Source: a virus
DNA length: 64,000 bases
Reading direction: 5' to 3' (one strand)
Virus genome (UHGV): UHGV-0101699
In this document: positions 40,101-47,464 of the stretch, in pieces
Layout: the number at the start of each line of letters is the position of its first letter
Position numbering within the stretch: the stretch's first letter is position 1
The notes under the pieces: generated by a model
What the model saw: the letters and a program-made list of their open reading frames with translations, nothing else
Told to the model about the DNA's origin: nothing
The model's database searches: none
Translations under genes and position numbers: made by a program

Positions 40101-40341
40101 AATAGTTGAATGATCCGTCTTCGTTCTCCAGCGCCACGCCATCGATGAAGATAGATTTAGCGCCGTTAATCAACCCGCCAACAACACCTTCCCCGAGCAG
40201 ATCGAGGATAGACGCCATGGCCCGCGAATTAACGGTATCATCCGCTTCAACTGGTGTACGGCTTGAGCCTGAGCTCTTTTTGCCGCCCGCTCCCGCAATC
40301 AGGAGGGGCAATCTCTTTTTCTTGAACTGATCCATGTTCAA
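28165..40341 (-). CDS. J: giant central tail fibre / host-specificity protein, lambda gpJ-like N-terminus plus ~10 tandem coiled-coil + CBM-like modules (4058 aa)
   Basis: N-terminus GSSRTPVEADDTVNSRAMASILDLLGEGVVGGLINGAKSIFIDG resembles lambda J start; FN3-like TPPGAPTSLTAVGDYRNVVLNWVNP; position after I-K-L-M-H homologues. Confidence 0.85.
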   Translation of the reverse strand: MNMDQFKKKRLPLLIAGAGGKKSSGSSRTPVEADDTVNSRAMASILDLLGEGVVGGLINGAKSIFIDGVALENEDGSFNYSGVTWDFRDGSQDQSPMPGFDFVETPKAVNTQLKTTNAVTVAIDNDDADRVRVIMKFPSLRSIDKKTGDTNGTSVQFKFQLANGNGSFYDVIATGESSSDVTLTAKKTGVYYRSYEIQLPKPGRAYKVRVLRLSADSNDQYLFNDTWVDSIGEIVDTPMNYPNSVLVGLKVNSEQFGSSMPSRSYLIRGLKIRVPSNYDENTNTYNGVWDGTFKLLSSSNPAWILFDLLTNARYGLGKFVSESMIDLGQLYQIGRYCDEEVDDGFGGKEKRFAINTQITSRQDAYRLIQDIAGAFRGMVFWAGGMVNIMQDSPSDPVMLFTNANVKDGLFTYKGSARKDRPSVALITYNNKQDGYKQNVEYVEDQEAMARYGERKTEAVAFGCTSRGQAHRVGLWLLYTARMESDMITFTAGLDASFLMPGETVLIQNKYRAGKRNSGRIVSFTKNSITLDAPVSLKKSGSFIRIINQEGKIVERDINETGDNITKVTFKTALATADQPVANGVWTITEPDLVPMRARVVAIAQGETPGSFDITVVQNNASKYQAIDNGAALVPENTTVLDPTYSKPSNLVISEGTYLSSPGNLSVKLMLAWEGKSPEYWVSWRRSDEGNVSNWQSARATEEQYEIVNVAENGRYDFQLYSVSFGGKKSEIITAVYQVKGTMTPPGAPTSLTAVGDYRNVVLNWVNPDSVDLAQINVYASKTNKLDTATLIAQAATTTFTHAGLGDNETWYYWIRAVNKRGMVGQPNSNLGTEATTRDVLSFLKDKITSSELGKELLDEIDSKATQEAVDNAIGEVQNSVNESIQQVENDLAQTSSEIKAQVDSVNQSLKEDIDTVNQTIVDNIDTVNQTINTNISNVNSQIEAAKQSIKDGDAALSQEIKKAQSSLTTSLSQTSKDLTAAIQKETNDRIADVNDAAKQAADQLLSAKNELKTSIDSLSEVVTSGDENLARQISQIAAGTGEQFDSLKIWYFDQDAEGWTEDDNGYTPMSVTSDGWLKANNPTSTCRSPNGLTIDAHAYRFIKMRVKKVGNPTWNARMFWIGADETGWNAGRSVVINEPEYDDKGIAILTLHDIEWRDSTTIRRFRFDFTSGQDADNYLLFDWIAVGRPTPGAGMAALQEEQQARANADTAEAQARSTLAAQIRGSSESGNLDDIRSGLIYQEKNARITADAAEASARESLQTEFNRNKASVAEELHTLSTEQASQASKITGLQTSLGQKADASAVQTISQKVEEQGNTLKSQGAALSTLDNRVGSVESGVSANSKAITGLQSTVTQQDKTLSSQSESITTLNNSLSDIQSDTDTAKSNPSNLLVNASFERDLAGWSAGNSVSSIIKASAPHSGSKILVCAAGTVQITQSVSVVEGRTYKLSSFVRCTTDAVISSPGNNKLRIGAATLLKEIPIRPENLPKDETWKEVSDTWKATLTGKVDVSIMSSLKTGSQYFDDVGFVDVTDALAIEANASATNALTSRVSSVEGTITSQGQQITSMQNSIKNKADASAVTNLTNRVTAAENQISSQSQSITSLSNSLDNANADADASKAIIGNMLKNNSFERGFEGWEYVGWTLLEAQNPKSGKYIIQAGKLASGGDSGCNQTVELQAGKTYRIGAWVRKSADFAINNAGNNKISLRNADLTPLKDIPITGAGLSTNWALISGEYTPAKTASVVVSLRASVASGYMYLDDVFCVDVSNEKAIDATSNALSTLNSTVTQQGKDITSNSNSITSLSNQMVNGRQNMWVRSVYNVQLANNTTEPTFSDINGKAPISIDEVPDAAKLDFASAGSYVIAHYKAFVKVNADTTITMAPGSRVFDDTGAVYVNGVRVAFGNASWNTVSFDLKAGWSTVEFLVNQWTGQAYINLGFKLSEKVAQLNSALGMNALSNAISAVTSNVSTVGDRVTSTSQSVTDLRNSLEQTNANLANKADAQALSTLQNTVSKQGDTISSQGNSITNLNNTLTAARNAGDNLIPNYDFLQGATAWDTQYPAGVTFGNFGDGKAGVKLNRTTTTSPGIFSNNNKPLPLNGQRKYRVVVKAKGVSGAMNMLIRRQNKIGQTDSNYEDKNVTLTSEWQTITWETGLTASNADGQNFKLYAHPANAEIWVDTFKVFDITDEVKIKANSDALSTLSSTVTQQGDKITSQGNSITKLTNDLEAADANIAKKADQSAVTTLTGRVEKTESGLTAANSNITSLSSSLNQQSKRGANLLPDGTFESYAVGHNLSNNRVIVTTDDSHGGNKCIRVTRPNDYNANATDNSDNHIFSGFQVRDNAVFYMECWVKRDAKSTAMAENAQISIGLSLQYQDNSWQWPAVTKAAKDLSSTQWTKVSGYLKSTKSGIKQAMVRISIPNVSSVKAGNSFLIDDLVITEVTDAYNAQSTADANANAISTLDSTVSQQGDQITSQGNSITKLTNDLATTNNNVSKKADQSALSVLSGRVDQTESGLSSANSSITALNSSVRAGNATSGDLISNPTFDPEFSQMGFTVVSSSSEGVPANCPYAYVARIAARDHHPNFAAIPATLGDVYEMSALVACGTGSADFNLYLGTATRPSGSVGAPLSSGGNRKASATWQRVTWRFKITQGIVDRGFFRPFLQINQSSPFGTVWYVTDWHLRNVTDSSKVQDSLDATAKAVDSLTSTVNQQGENILSIGTRTTNLENNLRTTNANVAQKADANALTALTNRVTQTEKDINSTSSSVTNLNNKVDAISVGGTNLIKNSGDMTGWSNVVSDTYRGNAVIGATVKAGSGYKDLREITLESPVDAGEYVYSFYAKGGVTGQTMTAFFYNPNTTTSIETSQGAKGNNTDGRAQFTLTTSWARYWVKWKQTPTTGTKRLILCRIESNTSKDQTVYINSPKFEVGNVVSDWNESPSDSASASAVDSLTTKVNQQGTSISSIGNRTTSLENGLSTAQNNIAKKADASALQDLRNTVTSQGGDLTAANSSITSLQASMNRRTVFTVTARGNGNSVTPGVFDESGKNLFTPGRSWALVTFAKHSDGSTVIATSKTYDVFGSANNGATMSADIEALASGTYVCVLTFDEPTGNRGKVLSALESLGGTSEVVNSLPYRGAYILLGRKGMKPGDGLELRAPTGGDGTAHISTSVEFVNGVMMGLGAAGGVMMKADANASAITTLQNTVKTQGDNIDSLSSSTTALENSLASSNASVDAASQIPGNLIVNPSFERGTEGYTGWSGIATVVTLQVPHLGTKAAKLAAGGSAGVGQKISFKKDRSYKIGIWAKQDPNTTIQSTDNTKFRVAEGNGLIASKAYGPFTSNWQEVSWTWKATKDVVADVQFTAFLSAGAMYFDDFYVVDVTDSVETQANSSAITKLDSRVTKTENDITSQGSQVTQLKNDLATTNTNVSKKADAAALTALTNRVTQNEKEIETQSSQTTSLKNSLSTVQAMGSNPWFDGSLETYSENQQISGSRAVVVSSQKRSGTKSLRVSRSAGEGGNSDKTIGKWIALRENAVFRIELWAMMPADQSPSSGWSTLVGLQTQNAANNNNWPTAITINEAALGARGAWKKFTGTLRVAAGHTRGAFWVSTRGTTGTGTPGYDLYIDDVVVTDITDAKEAQDSANANASALTSLTSRVTYVEGQVTSQASQLSSLTSQVNDASSKVDQMAQTITNNEKTQSSLNTSLQSQIDAQASANIKNQTELNNATTSLAAIKSTQQTQATTISALSQQQTNLTAQVGGQSAELQELKKTVVENGNVNSTWMVKMETNSNGKKYAAGIALGIDGKNLQSQFLVQADRFGLINTSNGNTTTPFVVENGVAYMNAAVIKDGSITNAKIGGEIRSDNFVNGSSGWRIGKDGSSQFNNVVIRGEVHANTGVLNNVTINENCTVLGTVQANKIVGDVVTMTDRVVKNWPASGNTSSGTRYLIATIDGMPFERRMVFNGSVAIVQVWRQNVTIRVDETTVWTFDSGNDGKDFETSIFSIRIPASNFGQRHQITIQWPNRGDSGQFRFTGVVSMYRTTGSISLA
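28980..37210. repeat. in-frame tandem module repeats inside J gene (coiled-coil + beta-sandwich units; DNA motif GTGATGCTGTTrCCCTGGCTGG recurs at ~32889, 33674, 34254, 34921, 35530, 36225)
   Basis: protein-level repeats N[LP][LI]xNxSFER/GxxGW ... and DNA-level recurrences read directly; antisense ORFs in this region mirror the repeats. Confidence 0.8.
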
Positions 40342-40351
40342 AAAACTTCCC

Positions 40352-40963
40352 TTACAGTTGGTCTATGGTGATTGAAGAACTCACAATCTGTGAGCCAACT
40401 AAAATTTCCTCGCCGTAATTAAGCTGAACCGGGTTTCCCTGGTTGCTGGTGTTTTGAGGCCCATCGAAATAAAACGAATCCGTGTTATCAGCCTGTCTGA
40501 CAGACGCATTTGATGCCTGCGGCGAAATCAGCATGGACACACCGCCCATCATCAATGACATCCCTCCCATCATCAGCGCAGATGACGCACCCGCGGTAAG
40601 ACCAAAGCCAATCGCACCGACAGCGATCATCGCGGCGCCTACGAAAGTCTGGAACCACCCAAACGCCTTACCACCGCTGCCACGTGGTACGGGAGTAATG
40701 CGGATTTTTGCGATATTTTCCGACTCGCCCATCATCTGGTATTCGGTGTCGTCCATTGACCACTTGTGGCCCTGCTTATTTGTGACCTGGATGTGGTACT
40801 TATCGAAGTGGTTACGGTTACGCTTAATCCAGGCTTTAAAGCCCGGGCGATTCGCCTCAATCAAATCGATGGCTTGTTTGGTGTTGCGCACCTTCAATTT
40901 CCAATGGCGGCCAAAGTTCTTTGCCATCGCACCGCCGAGCTGAACATGAACTAATTCAGACAC
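40352..40963 (-). CDS. I: tail assembly protein I-like
   Basis: 203 aa; position between K and J; C-terminal hydrophobic/Gly-rich segment. Confidence 0.65.
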   Translation of the reverse strand: MSELVHVQLGGAMAKNFGRHWKLKVRNTKQAIDLIEANRPGFKAWIKRNRNHFDKYHIQVTNKQGHKWSMDDTEYQMMGESENIAKIRITPVPRGSGGKAFGWFQTFVGAAMIAVGAIGFGLTAGASSALMMGGMSLMMGGVSMLISPQASNASVRQADNTDSFYFDGPQNTSNQGNPVQLNYGEEILVGSQIVSSSITIDQL

Positions 40964-41748
40964 GTCTCGTCTCCCTTGAGTAAATCCCTGTGACGCAGGT
41001 GATGCGTCGTGTGCTTCTGATACATCCCACCGTAATAAGCCCGACAGCTGAGACGGTCGATCTGGTGATGCATGATCATGCCGTCGCCGATGTATACCGC
41101 GCAGTGATCTGGCATTTTCCCGTACTGGATGAAGAAGATGTCGCCGCGCTGGGGTTCCGTCCCCGGCGCCATGCGGACAAGTCCTTCATTTCGGTAGTTC
41201 TGGTCGAGGATGTCGTTGTCCCCCGTGTACCAGGAAGGAATATGCAGGTGGGCGTTTGCATTCAGCTCAACGTCAAATTCACGCTTTAGGTAATCGCGGC
41301 ACAGCATCCAGCAATCAAACACACCGAATACGTATGGGCGCCCGAGGTAGGGCATCTCAAAACCACACGGATAAATGACGTTCATTTCGCTAAAGTGGAA
41401 TGGCATATCGCTTTCCACATTTTTGCGAATTGCCAGAATCATCCACGGTAGTTCCGTCGCCTCGCACCCGGAGCGATCCGGGTCTGACGCCTCTGCGCTG
41501 CGCTCAACGTGAGAGTGCCAAATAGCGATCACTTCCCCAGCATCTTCGGCCGCAATAATGTCGCTGGCACGCATGACAAAATCCTCACGTGGCGTTTCAG
41601 AGACATTCATCGCTTCCATAAAGCGATATTTCTCACCCTGTGTGCGCACCAGAAAGCCACACGCTTCATTCGGGTAACGTTGGATAGCGCAGCGGTAGAT
41701 ATCCTGCATGACTTCTGAGCCCAGCTCAGGTAACGTCTGGTTACTCAT
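40951..41748 (-). CDS. K: tail assembly protein K-like (MPN/JAB + NlpC/P60 domains)
   Basis: JAB motif EACGFLV...IAIWHSHVERSAEASDPD; NlpC/P60-like GDIFFIQYGKMPDHCAVYIGDG; ORF extends to 41970 but MSNQTLPEL start at 41748 abuts L stop. Confidence 0.75.
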   Translation of the reverse strand: MSNQTLPELGSEVMQDIYRCAIQRYPNEACGFLVRTQGEKYRFMEAMNVSETPREDFVMRASDIIAAEDAGEVIAIWHSHVERSAEASDPDRSGCEATELPWMILAIRKNVESDMPFHFSEMNVIYPCGFEMPYLGRPYVFGVFDCWMLCRDYLKREFDVELNANAHLHIPSWYTGDNDILDQNYRNEGLVRMAPGTEPQRGDIFFIQYGKMPDHCAVYIGDGMIMHHQIDRLSCRAYYGGMYQKHTTHHLRHRDLLKGDETCLN

Positions 41749-42442
41749 ATCGTGTCGCCCCAATAAATCCGCCAAAATGAATAACGCCATTCGCGAAGTA
41801 GTTGCGACGAGCATTACAGGCGTCGTAACGCTTGGTGCAGTAGTCGGCGCCGGCCAAAGAGGTTTGCTGGTTGTTTTTGTCGAAATATGGGCCGGTGTAG
41901 CCACACTCTGTTCCGCGATATTTCCACGGGCAGCTGTTTTTGATGATCTGACGATACGGCAGTTGAACACCCATCAGATCTAAGACGCTGGACAGCTCGA
42001 ATTCGACATACTGGTGTGTCTCCAGGGTCTTCTGTTCGACGAACCACATTTCATCAGCAAAATGCTGACTTGGGTCTGCGGTCGGGTTTCCATCCGGAAA
42101 GTTCACCGCGTCCAGAAAACGTGCCAGCGTCATCTTGCGAATGATTTTGCAGCCAATCAGATCGTCATTGGCCTGCAGCTCGGCAGAAATTACACCGTCG
42201 TAGTTGGAAACCTGAATCTTTGGACGAGGAAGTGTTCCCTGACCGCTTTTATCAAAGCCAGACGCTTTAATTGGCCACGGCTCATAGGAAACTCCCTGCC
42301 AGACAATTGGCTGGCTAAGCCCGTTGGTGCCGGCATGGAAATACAACTTGCCGCCGGAGGTTGTCACCGACATATCCAGCTCGAACAACTCAATGAGCGC
42401 AGAAGGCGATAAACTCTGAATATCAGCTCTAATACCCATCAC
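41741..42442 (-). CDS. L: minor tail protein L-like
   Basis: 233 aa; C-terminal Cys cluster CGYTGPYFDKNNQQTSLAGADYCTKRYDAC. Confidence 0.75.
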   Translation of the reverse strand: MMGIRADIQSLSPSALIELFELDMSVTTSGGKLYFHAGTNGLSQPIVWQGVSYEPWPIKASGFDKSGQGTLPRPKIQVSNYDGVISAELQANDDLIGCKIIRKMTLARFLDAVNFPDGNPTADPSQHFADEMWFVEQKTLETHQYVEFELSSVLDLMGVQLPYRQIIKNSCPWKYRGTECGYTGPYFDKNNQQTSLAGADYCTKRYDACNARRNYFANGVIHFGGFIGATRYE

Positions 42443-42492
42443 TTCATCCTTGAAAAACTCAACGTCACATCCTGTGACGTTGATATATAATA

Positions 42493-42516
42493 ATAGATAA
42501 GTACTTACTTATCTAT
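42493..42516. promoter_or_regulatory. TAAGTA-family palindrome ATAGATAAGTA-CT-TACTTATCTAT
   Basis: 11-bp arms, between M stop and L start. Confidence 0.5.
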
Positions 42517-42525
42517 AGTCGCAAA

Positions 42526-42861
42526 TTAAGACTCAAAAACCTGTCTAAATGTTGCCGTAAGCACTTGATAACCTGGGTAACGTTTTACCGTATGGCTATC
42601 ACAAACCACGATAATTGCTTTGCCTCTTGGGTTAGTCCAAACGAATGACTCCACCCCTGCGCGGGCAGTCAAAAAATCATCAACGTCGTTTACCACGTCA
42701 TGGCTGCGGGTGAACGTGAGAGACCACTCTTCTTTAATCCGATTGAGCCCCTGCGACTGGCGCTGCTCGTAATCATCGCCGTAGTTCAGCACGGTCACGT
42801 TAGGCTTTACCGTTTTCTCAGACTCATAATCTGGATACCAATTAAATACTTTCCTCGACAT
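42526..42861 (-). CDS. M: minor tail protein M-like
   Basis: ORF 42526..43050; likely start MSRKVFNWYP at 42861 (112 aa, lambda M-size) just downstream of tape-measure stop. Confidence 0.6.
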   Translation of the reverse strand: MSRKVFNWYPDYESEKTVKPNVTVLNYGDDYEQRQSQGLNRIKEEWSLTFTRSHDVVNDVDDFLTARAGVESFVWTNPRGKAIIVVCDSHTVKRYPGYQVLTATFRQVFES

Positions 42862-42904
42862 ATCACTTCCTTGTGATGGCCGCCCGCTAAGGCGGCCGGC
42901 TTTA

Positions 42905-45900
42905 TTACCCTCTGGTGGTATGCGGATTAAGTGAACCACCAGAACGTTTCTCTTCGGCAATCGTCTCAAGCACAATCGACTTAATTTGCCGCGCTGCACC
43001 GTTCCAGAGATTGCTCTCACTTCCACTGCTGCTCTCGCTGGTTCGTCCATCCTTGGTCACATTGATTTGAATTGAGACAGGGGACACCGCGTTACCCGTA
43101 CTCTTTCCAGCCGACTCTGCAGAAAGTGTGACTGGAATGGTTCGACCATCTGGTAACGGGACGTAAGCCTCGTTCATTGAGCCCTCGCCAAACATCGCCA
43201 ACTGTGGTGAGGTGGCAATTCCGCCTTTCTGATAAGCTCTCAGAGGCACAACCCCTTCCCTGCCAAAGATGCCGCCATTGGCGTGTTTCTTCACATTTGG
43301 CTTTGAGCCTGATGGCGTCGAAGACCCAGCCCAAGCGGACACTGCGGTACTGGCCAGTGACAGACCGAAATTCAGCCAACGGCTGGACGAACTCGACGAC
43401 GAAGCACCTACCATGGCGAATGTAGCTGCCAGCGCCCCAGCCGCGGTAGACAGATTCCCCATACTGAGGATGCTGCTGTTAACCGCTTTGGTTTGATCTT
43501 TCGTAGCGTCAGTACCGGTGAACAATGACTTAGTCCAGTCCCAGACGCCATTCACCGCCTGGCTTAAACCGCTGGCCGCATTCTGAGACGCTTGCCCCAT
43601 AGAATTTATGCCGGAGGCTGTCTCCTTAGTGGCCTCGCCGACAGATTTATCCCCATTGGCCACCGCCCCACCAGAATTACCGAGCTGAACCCCTTGATTA
43701 GCGATCGCAGACGCTACGCCATTCATGAGATTTCCACTTTGTGCATTGCCGGCGTTTGTCGTTCCCATTCCCAACATATTCATGAGAGGCAGAGTGATCT
43801 GGGTCTTCACGACCATGTTGGTGATGTCTTTAAGGATCGATGTGGCCAGACTGGAGAAGCTCATCTTCCCGTTAACAACAAAGTCAGTAAGCGTGTCGGT
43901 TAAGCCGCTAAACAGATCTGTCCAGGTGCCCTCAATCTGCTCAGCCAGGTTCTCATACTCCAGAGCCAACTGCTGGGTCGCTGTACCTGTTTGCTTAATC
44001 AGCGCATTGTTGCCAGCGGCCACCAGCTGATTAAGCTGCTTGTTGTAAAGCGAGATGATTTTCGGGTCAGTCGCTTTATCACGCAGCTCAATCAGCGCCT
44101 TAAGATTGCGGTTGTAGGTATCCGAAAACTCGGCAGCCTTCTCCTCATGGCTTTGCATCAAGCCTGCGCTGATAATCGAATCCGATTCCGGCGCCCAAGC
44201 GCTGATCATTTGCTCGACGTTGCGGCGATTAAACATTTCACGGTATTCGGGGGTAGCGTTCCTCAAATCCGCGAGACGTTTTTTGGCCTGGTCAACCATC
44301 TCCTGCGAGATAAACTCGTTAGGCGTGGCGTTTGCAAGATCGGTTAGTGACTTAGTGACATCACGCAGCGACTGATCAAACGACACAGTAGCCTTTGAAC
44401 TTTCGCCCATTTGCCCCATGAGCTGATCAGCTTTATCCAGAGCCTTCTGGTAGCCGGCAGCCAGCTTCTGTTGCGCACTTTCCTCCCTCTTCGCGGCGCG
44501 TTCCGAGGCATTCGCGGTACGCTTCCCTGCCCTCTCGGCGGCAGCGGCATCCTGTTCACGAGCTTTGGTTAGTGCGGCTATGGCGGCTGCACGCTCCTTC
44601 TCACTCATCTTTTCCAGAGACGATGCAGTGGAGGCTTTCTGCAGGTTAAGCTGAGTTTTAAGCTGCTTCGGCCCAATGATAGGTTTTCCTTCAAAATCCA
44701 TCATTGGTGTGCCATCAGGCAGCGTGCGCTGGTAAACCGCAGAGTCCATCTGGTTGCGCATGTACTGCGCGAGCGCTTTATCAGCAGCTTTATCTCCAGA
44801 CAAACCTCCAATCCGTTTGCCATCAACGGAAAGAAGCTCTTTGCCAGTTTCTGCTGCATTGTTTCGTTCAAACTCGGCCTGTTTTAGCTCCTGAGCAATT
44901 GTCTCAAGATTCTCCTGATAACCACGAATACTGCCTTGCAGTTTACGCGCCTGCTCTGAGTTGCCCTCTTTCTTCGCTTTTTCTAGGGAATCATTAAGAT
45001 TCGCTATTTGCATTTCTACAGCGTTCTTACGTGAGGACAAGGCATCAACAAGTTGCTGTGCAGGTTCCAGATAAGATTTATTTACAATCTCACTTATTGG
45101 TTTAAGTGCTTTAATTTTCTCATCATCAGACAACGAATTATCCGACAGAATTTTTTGTCTTTTTTCCAGTGCCTCTTGACGAGCTTTCGCAAAAGTTGCT
45201 GCAAAATCTTTATTTTCATCTCTGATTTTCTCGAGTTGGGATTCAGTCGCTTCTTTTGCTAAACGTTTAGCTACAGAAATGTCTCCACGACCAATAGCCA
45301 CACTAGTTTTATCGCGTTCAGTGCGCAGATCATTCAGTTCAGCCTCAATCTTCTTACGTTCAGTCTGATTAATCTTGATAGTGGTTCCGGCCATCCCTGG
45401 TCCGTAGACCATTTTTTCACCAGAATTTAGCTCCTGCTCCTTCTGAGCTATTTGGCGATCAAGACGTTCCTTGTAATCCGCCATCTGTGCCCGCTTGGCG
45501 GCTGTCATCGCCTCGGGGATTTTGCGGATCTCATCAACGACTTTTGACGTTTCGCTGCGGAGCATAGTCATGTAAGTGATCAGCCCCGCCACTGCTGTCA
45601 TTGCGGCAGTAAACACAAAGCCAATCGGGTTTGCTGCGATAAACGCAGTCAGCCCAGCGAATGCCCCTTTCAGCCCCGTAATCGCGCCACGAATGGCAAA
45701 AATGAGCGATGGGATTGGTGCCAGTCCCATGCGTGCAGCACGATTGAAACGAGTGACCGCCGTCGCTCCCAGCGTGAATGGTGTCTGGATTACAGTGGAC
45801 ATTTTCATGAAGGTGGAAAGCATCTGGCCGCCGGCGCCGACAACACCTAAAATGCCCGCTCTGAGCATTTTAAATGCCACCATTCCGGCGACAATTTTGC

Positions 45901-47464
45901 CCAGCGTAATAACCAACTCCTGATTCTTAGCCAACCATTGCGCCAGCTCGCGCAGGCCATCAATCGCGGTGGTAAGCCCCTCTCCCAGTGAATTAGCGAA
46001 CGAAATGCCTTCAGCGCTGTTCATTACGGCCGCCAGCTCTTTCATCCCCTTGGTCAGAGAATCAAGATATCCAGCCTGCCCCACTCGATCGGCAAACAGA
46101 GTGAAAGAGGTTTGCAGCTGCGCCAACGCACCGGTGTAGGTTTGCATCATATCTTTGGCGGCATTTTCGTTTTCCGCACGCAAACCAACAAACATCAATG
46201 AAAGAGCATGTTTCGCTTCAACGGTCCCACTGGAGACGGCTTTGGTTAGCTCACCCATCGTGATACCGGCCGCATCTGCCATGGCCTTCATCGCATTTGG
46301 AACCGCTTCACCCAATTGCTGGCGGAGCTCTTCCATCGACACAACGCCTTTACCAGACATCTGTTGGACAGCCACCGCCGCTCGTTTAAGCAACTCACTA
46401 TCGCCACCAAAACGTGCGACTGAGTCCACCAGGGCCTTTAACGAGCCATCAGTGGGATCGAGCCCAGCAGAGCGGAACTTCACAAATGAGTCGGTTAAAG
46501 ACTGCATCGCAAATGGGGCGTTTTTCGCCATGTTCACGATATACTGCATGTCTTGAGCAGCGGCTTCTCCAGGATTGACTTTATCCTTGTTCAAGCCACG
46601 CAACATGACACGCATACGCTGCATTTCGGCCGCAGCCTCTACGATCGGCTTCTGCCAACCAAACAGGATGTCAGTGACCGTTCTGGCCGCATCCCCAATT
46701 TCTCCCAGAAGGAAAATATTGCCGCGTAATCCTGAGAAGACGCCATTTTCACGACCACCACCGCGATGGGGCGCAGCGGTAAATCGATCAGCGCCACCTC
46801 CGCTGCCTCCCCCGCCCGTTGTGGTTGTTCTGACCCTGACCGGACGGCTGATCAGCTGCTGGCTTCGAATAACGCCATCCATCTGATCTTTGACTTTTTT
46901 TAACCCCTCGGCCGCCTGGCTTGTCGTTGTCCCCCAATTGCTCAGACGCTTGCTGGTCGCATTTAGTCTGGTGTTCATCCCACCAAGAGAAGTAGTGGCA
47001 CCCTTGATCTCAGTGTTGAATTTACCGGCATGGTCTCCTGCGTATTTAACCCAATCAGAAAACTCATTGAGTTCCGACTGAACCTTCCGCAATGAGGCCA
47101 GGAACTTGTGCGTAGACGATGTGGCCGAATCAACGCGATCTGTGAATGTCCGCAAATCAGTGCTGATAGCGGACAGTTCACGTTGTGCCTTTCGAGAGGT
47201 GTTGGAAACGAGCTCAAAACCGGCAGCTACGTCCTGCAGTTTGTCTGCCGTAGAATTGAGTCGTGTTTCAAGAGCGCCAAGAATGCTGGAGACCGAACCC
47301 AGAGAGCGCTCGAGGTTTTTAATTTTTTGAGCCGGTTTGGTAGCCCGCTCGCCAAATTTGGTAAGTAATTTACCCGCCCGGTCGATTGACGCCGTAAACT
47401 GTTTGTCTTCCAGCGACAGGATAAACTCTACGTTTTGTGACATTCCCTTGTCATCCTCTGCCAA
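42905..47464 (-). CDS. H: tape measure protein (1519 aa)
   Basis: size, coiled-coil N-half, hydrophobic central helices, Gly-rich C-terminus; between GT and M. Confidence 0.85.
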   Translation of the reverse strand: MAEDDKGMSQNVEFILSLEDKQFTASIDRAGKLLTKFGERATKPAQKIKNLERSLGSVSSILGALETRLNSTADKLQDVAAGFELVSNTSRKAQRELSAISTDLRTFTDRVDSATSSTHKFLASLRKVQSELNEFSDWVKYAGDHAGKFNTEIKGATTSLGGMNTRLNATSKRLSNWGTTTSQAAEGLKKVKDQMDGVIRSQQLISRPVRVRTTTTGGGGSGGGADRFTAAPHRGGGRENGVFSGLRGNIFLLGEIGDAARTVTDILFGWQKPIVEAAAEMQRMRVMLRGLNKDKVNPGEAAAQDMQYIVNMAKNAPFAMQSLTDSFVKFRSAGLDPTDGSLKALVDSVARFGGDSELLKRAAVAVQQMSGKGVVSMEELRQQLGEAVPNAMKAMADAAGITMGELTKAVSSGTVEAKHALSLMFVGLRAENENAAKDMMQTYTGALAQLQTSFTLFADRVGQAGYLDSLTKGMKELAAVMNSAEGISFANSLGEGLTTAIDGLRELAQWLAKNQELVITLGKIVAGMVAFKMLRAGILGVVGAGGQMLSTFMKMSTVIQTPFTLGATAVTRFNRAARMGLAPIPSLIFAIRGAITGLKGAFAGLTAFIAANPIGFVFTAAMTAVAGLITYMTMLRSETSKVVDEIRKIPEAMTAAKRAQMADYKERLDRQIAQKEQELNSGEKMVYGPGMAGTTIKINQTERKKIEAELNDLRTERDKTSVAIGRGDISVAKRLAKEATESQLEKIRDENKDFAATFAKARQEALEKRQKILSDNSLSDDEKIKALKPISEIVNKSYLEPAQQLVDALSSRKNAVEMQIANLNDSLEKAKKEGNSEQARKLQGSIRGYQENLETIAQELKQAEFERNNAAETGKELLSVDGKRIGGLSGDKAADKALAQYMRNQMDSAVYQRTLPDGTPMMDFEGKPIIGPKQLKTQLNLQKASTASSLEKMSEKERAAAIAALTKAREQDAAAAERAGKRTANASERAAKREESAQQKLAAGYQKALDKADQLMGQMGESSKATVSFDQSLRDVTKSLTDLANATPNEFISQEMVDQAKKRLADLRNATPEYREMFNRRNVEQMISAWAPESDSIISAGLMQSHEEKAAEFSDTYNRNLKALIELRDKATDPKIISLYNKQLNQLVAAGNNALIKQTGTATQQLALEYENLAEQIEGTWTDLFSGLTDTLTDFVVNGKMSFSSLATSILKDITNMVVKTQITLPLMNMLGMGTTNAGNAQSGNLMNGVASAIANQGVQLGNSGGAVANGDKSVGEATKETASGINSMGQASQNAASGLSQAVNGVWDWTKSLFTGTDATKDQTKAVNSSILSMGNLSTAAGALAATFAMVGASSSSSSSRWLNFGLSLASTAVSAWAGSSTPSGSKPNVKKHANGGIFGREGVVPLRAYQKGGIATSPQLAMFGEGSMNEAYVPLPDGRTIPVTLSAESAGKSTGNAVSPVSIQINVTKDGRTSESSSGSESNLWNGAARQIKSIVLETIAEEKRSGGSLNPHTTRG

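Noticed and set aside
28165-40341. Dozens of antisense and alternate-frame ORFs inside the J gene; possible CRISPR-like periodicity
   Set aside because: They mirror the in-frame coding repeats of one 4058-aa ORF. Repeat units are 500-800 bp, divergent and protein-coding, not short direct repeats with spacers.
40951-43050. Longer annotated ORF starts for K (41970), M (43050), U (49473), PhoH (11280), CobT (5878), TerS (57498), portal (55532)
   Set aside because: Internal starts give lambda-sized products and remove overlaps with upstream genes or terminators. The N-terminal extensions look like read-through of non-coding sequence.
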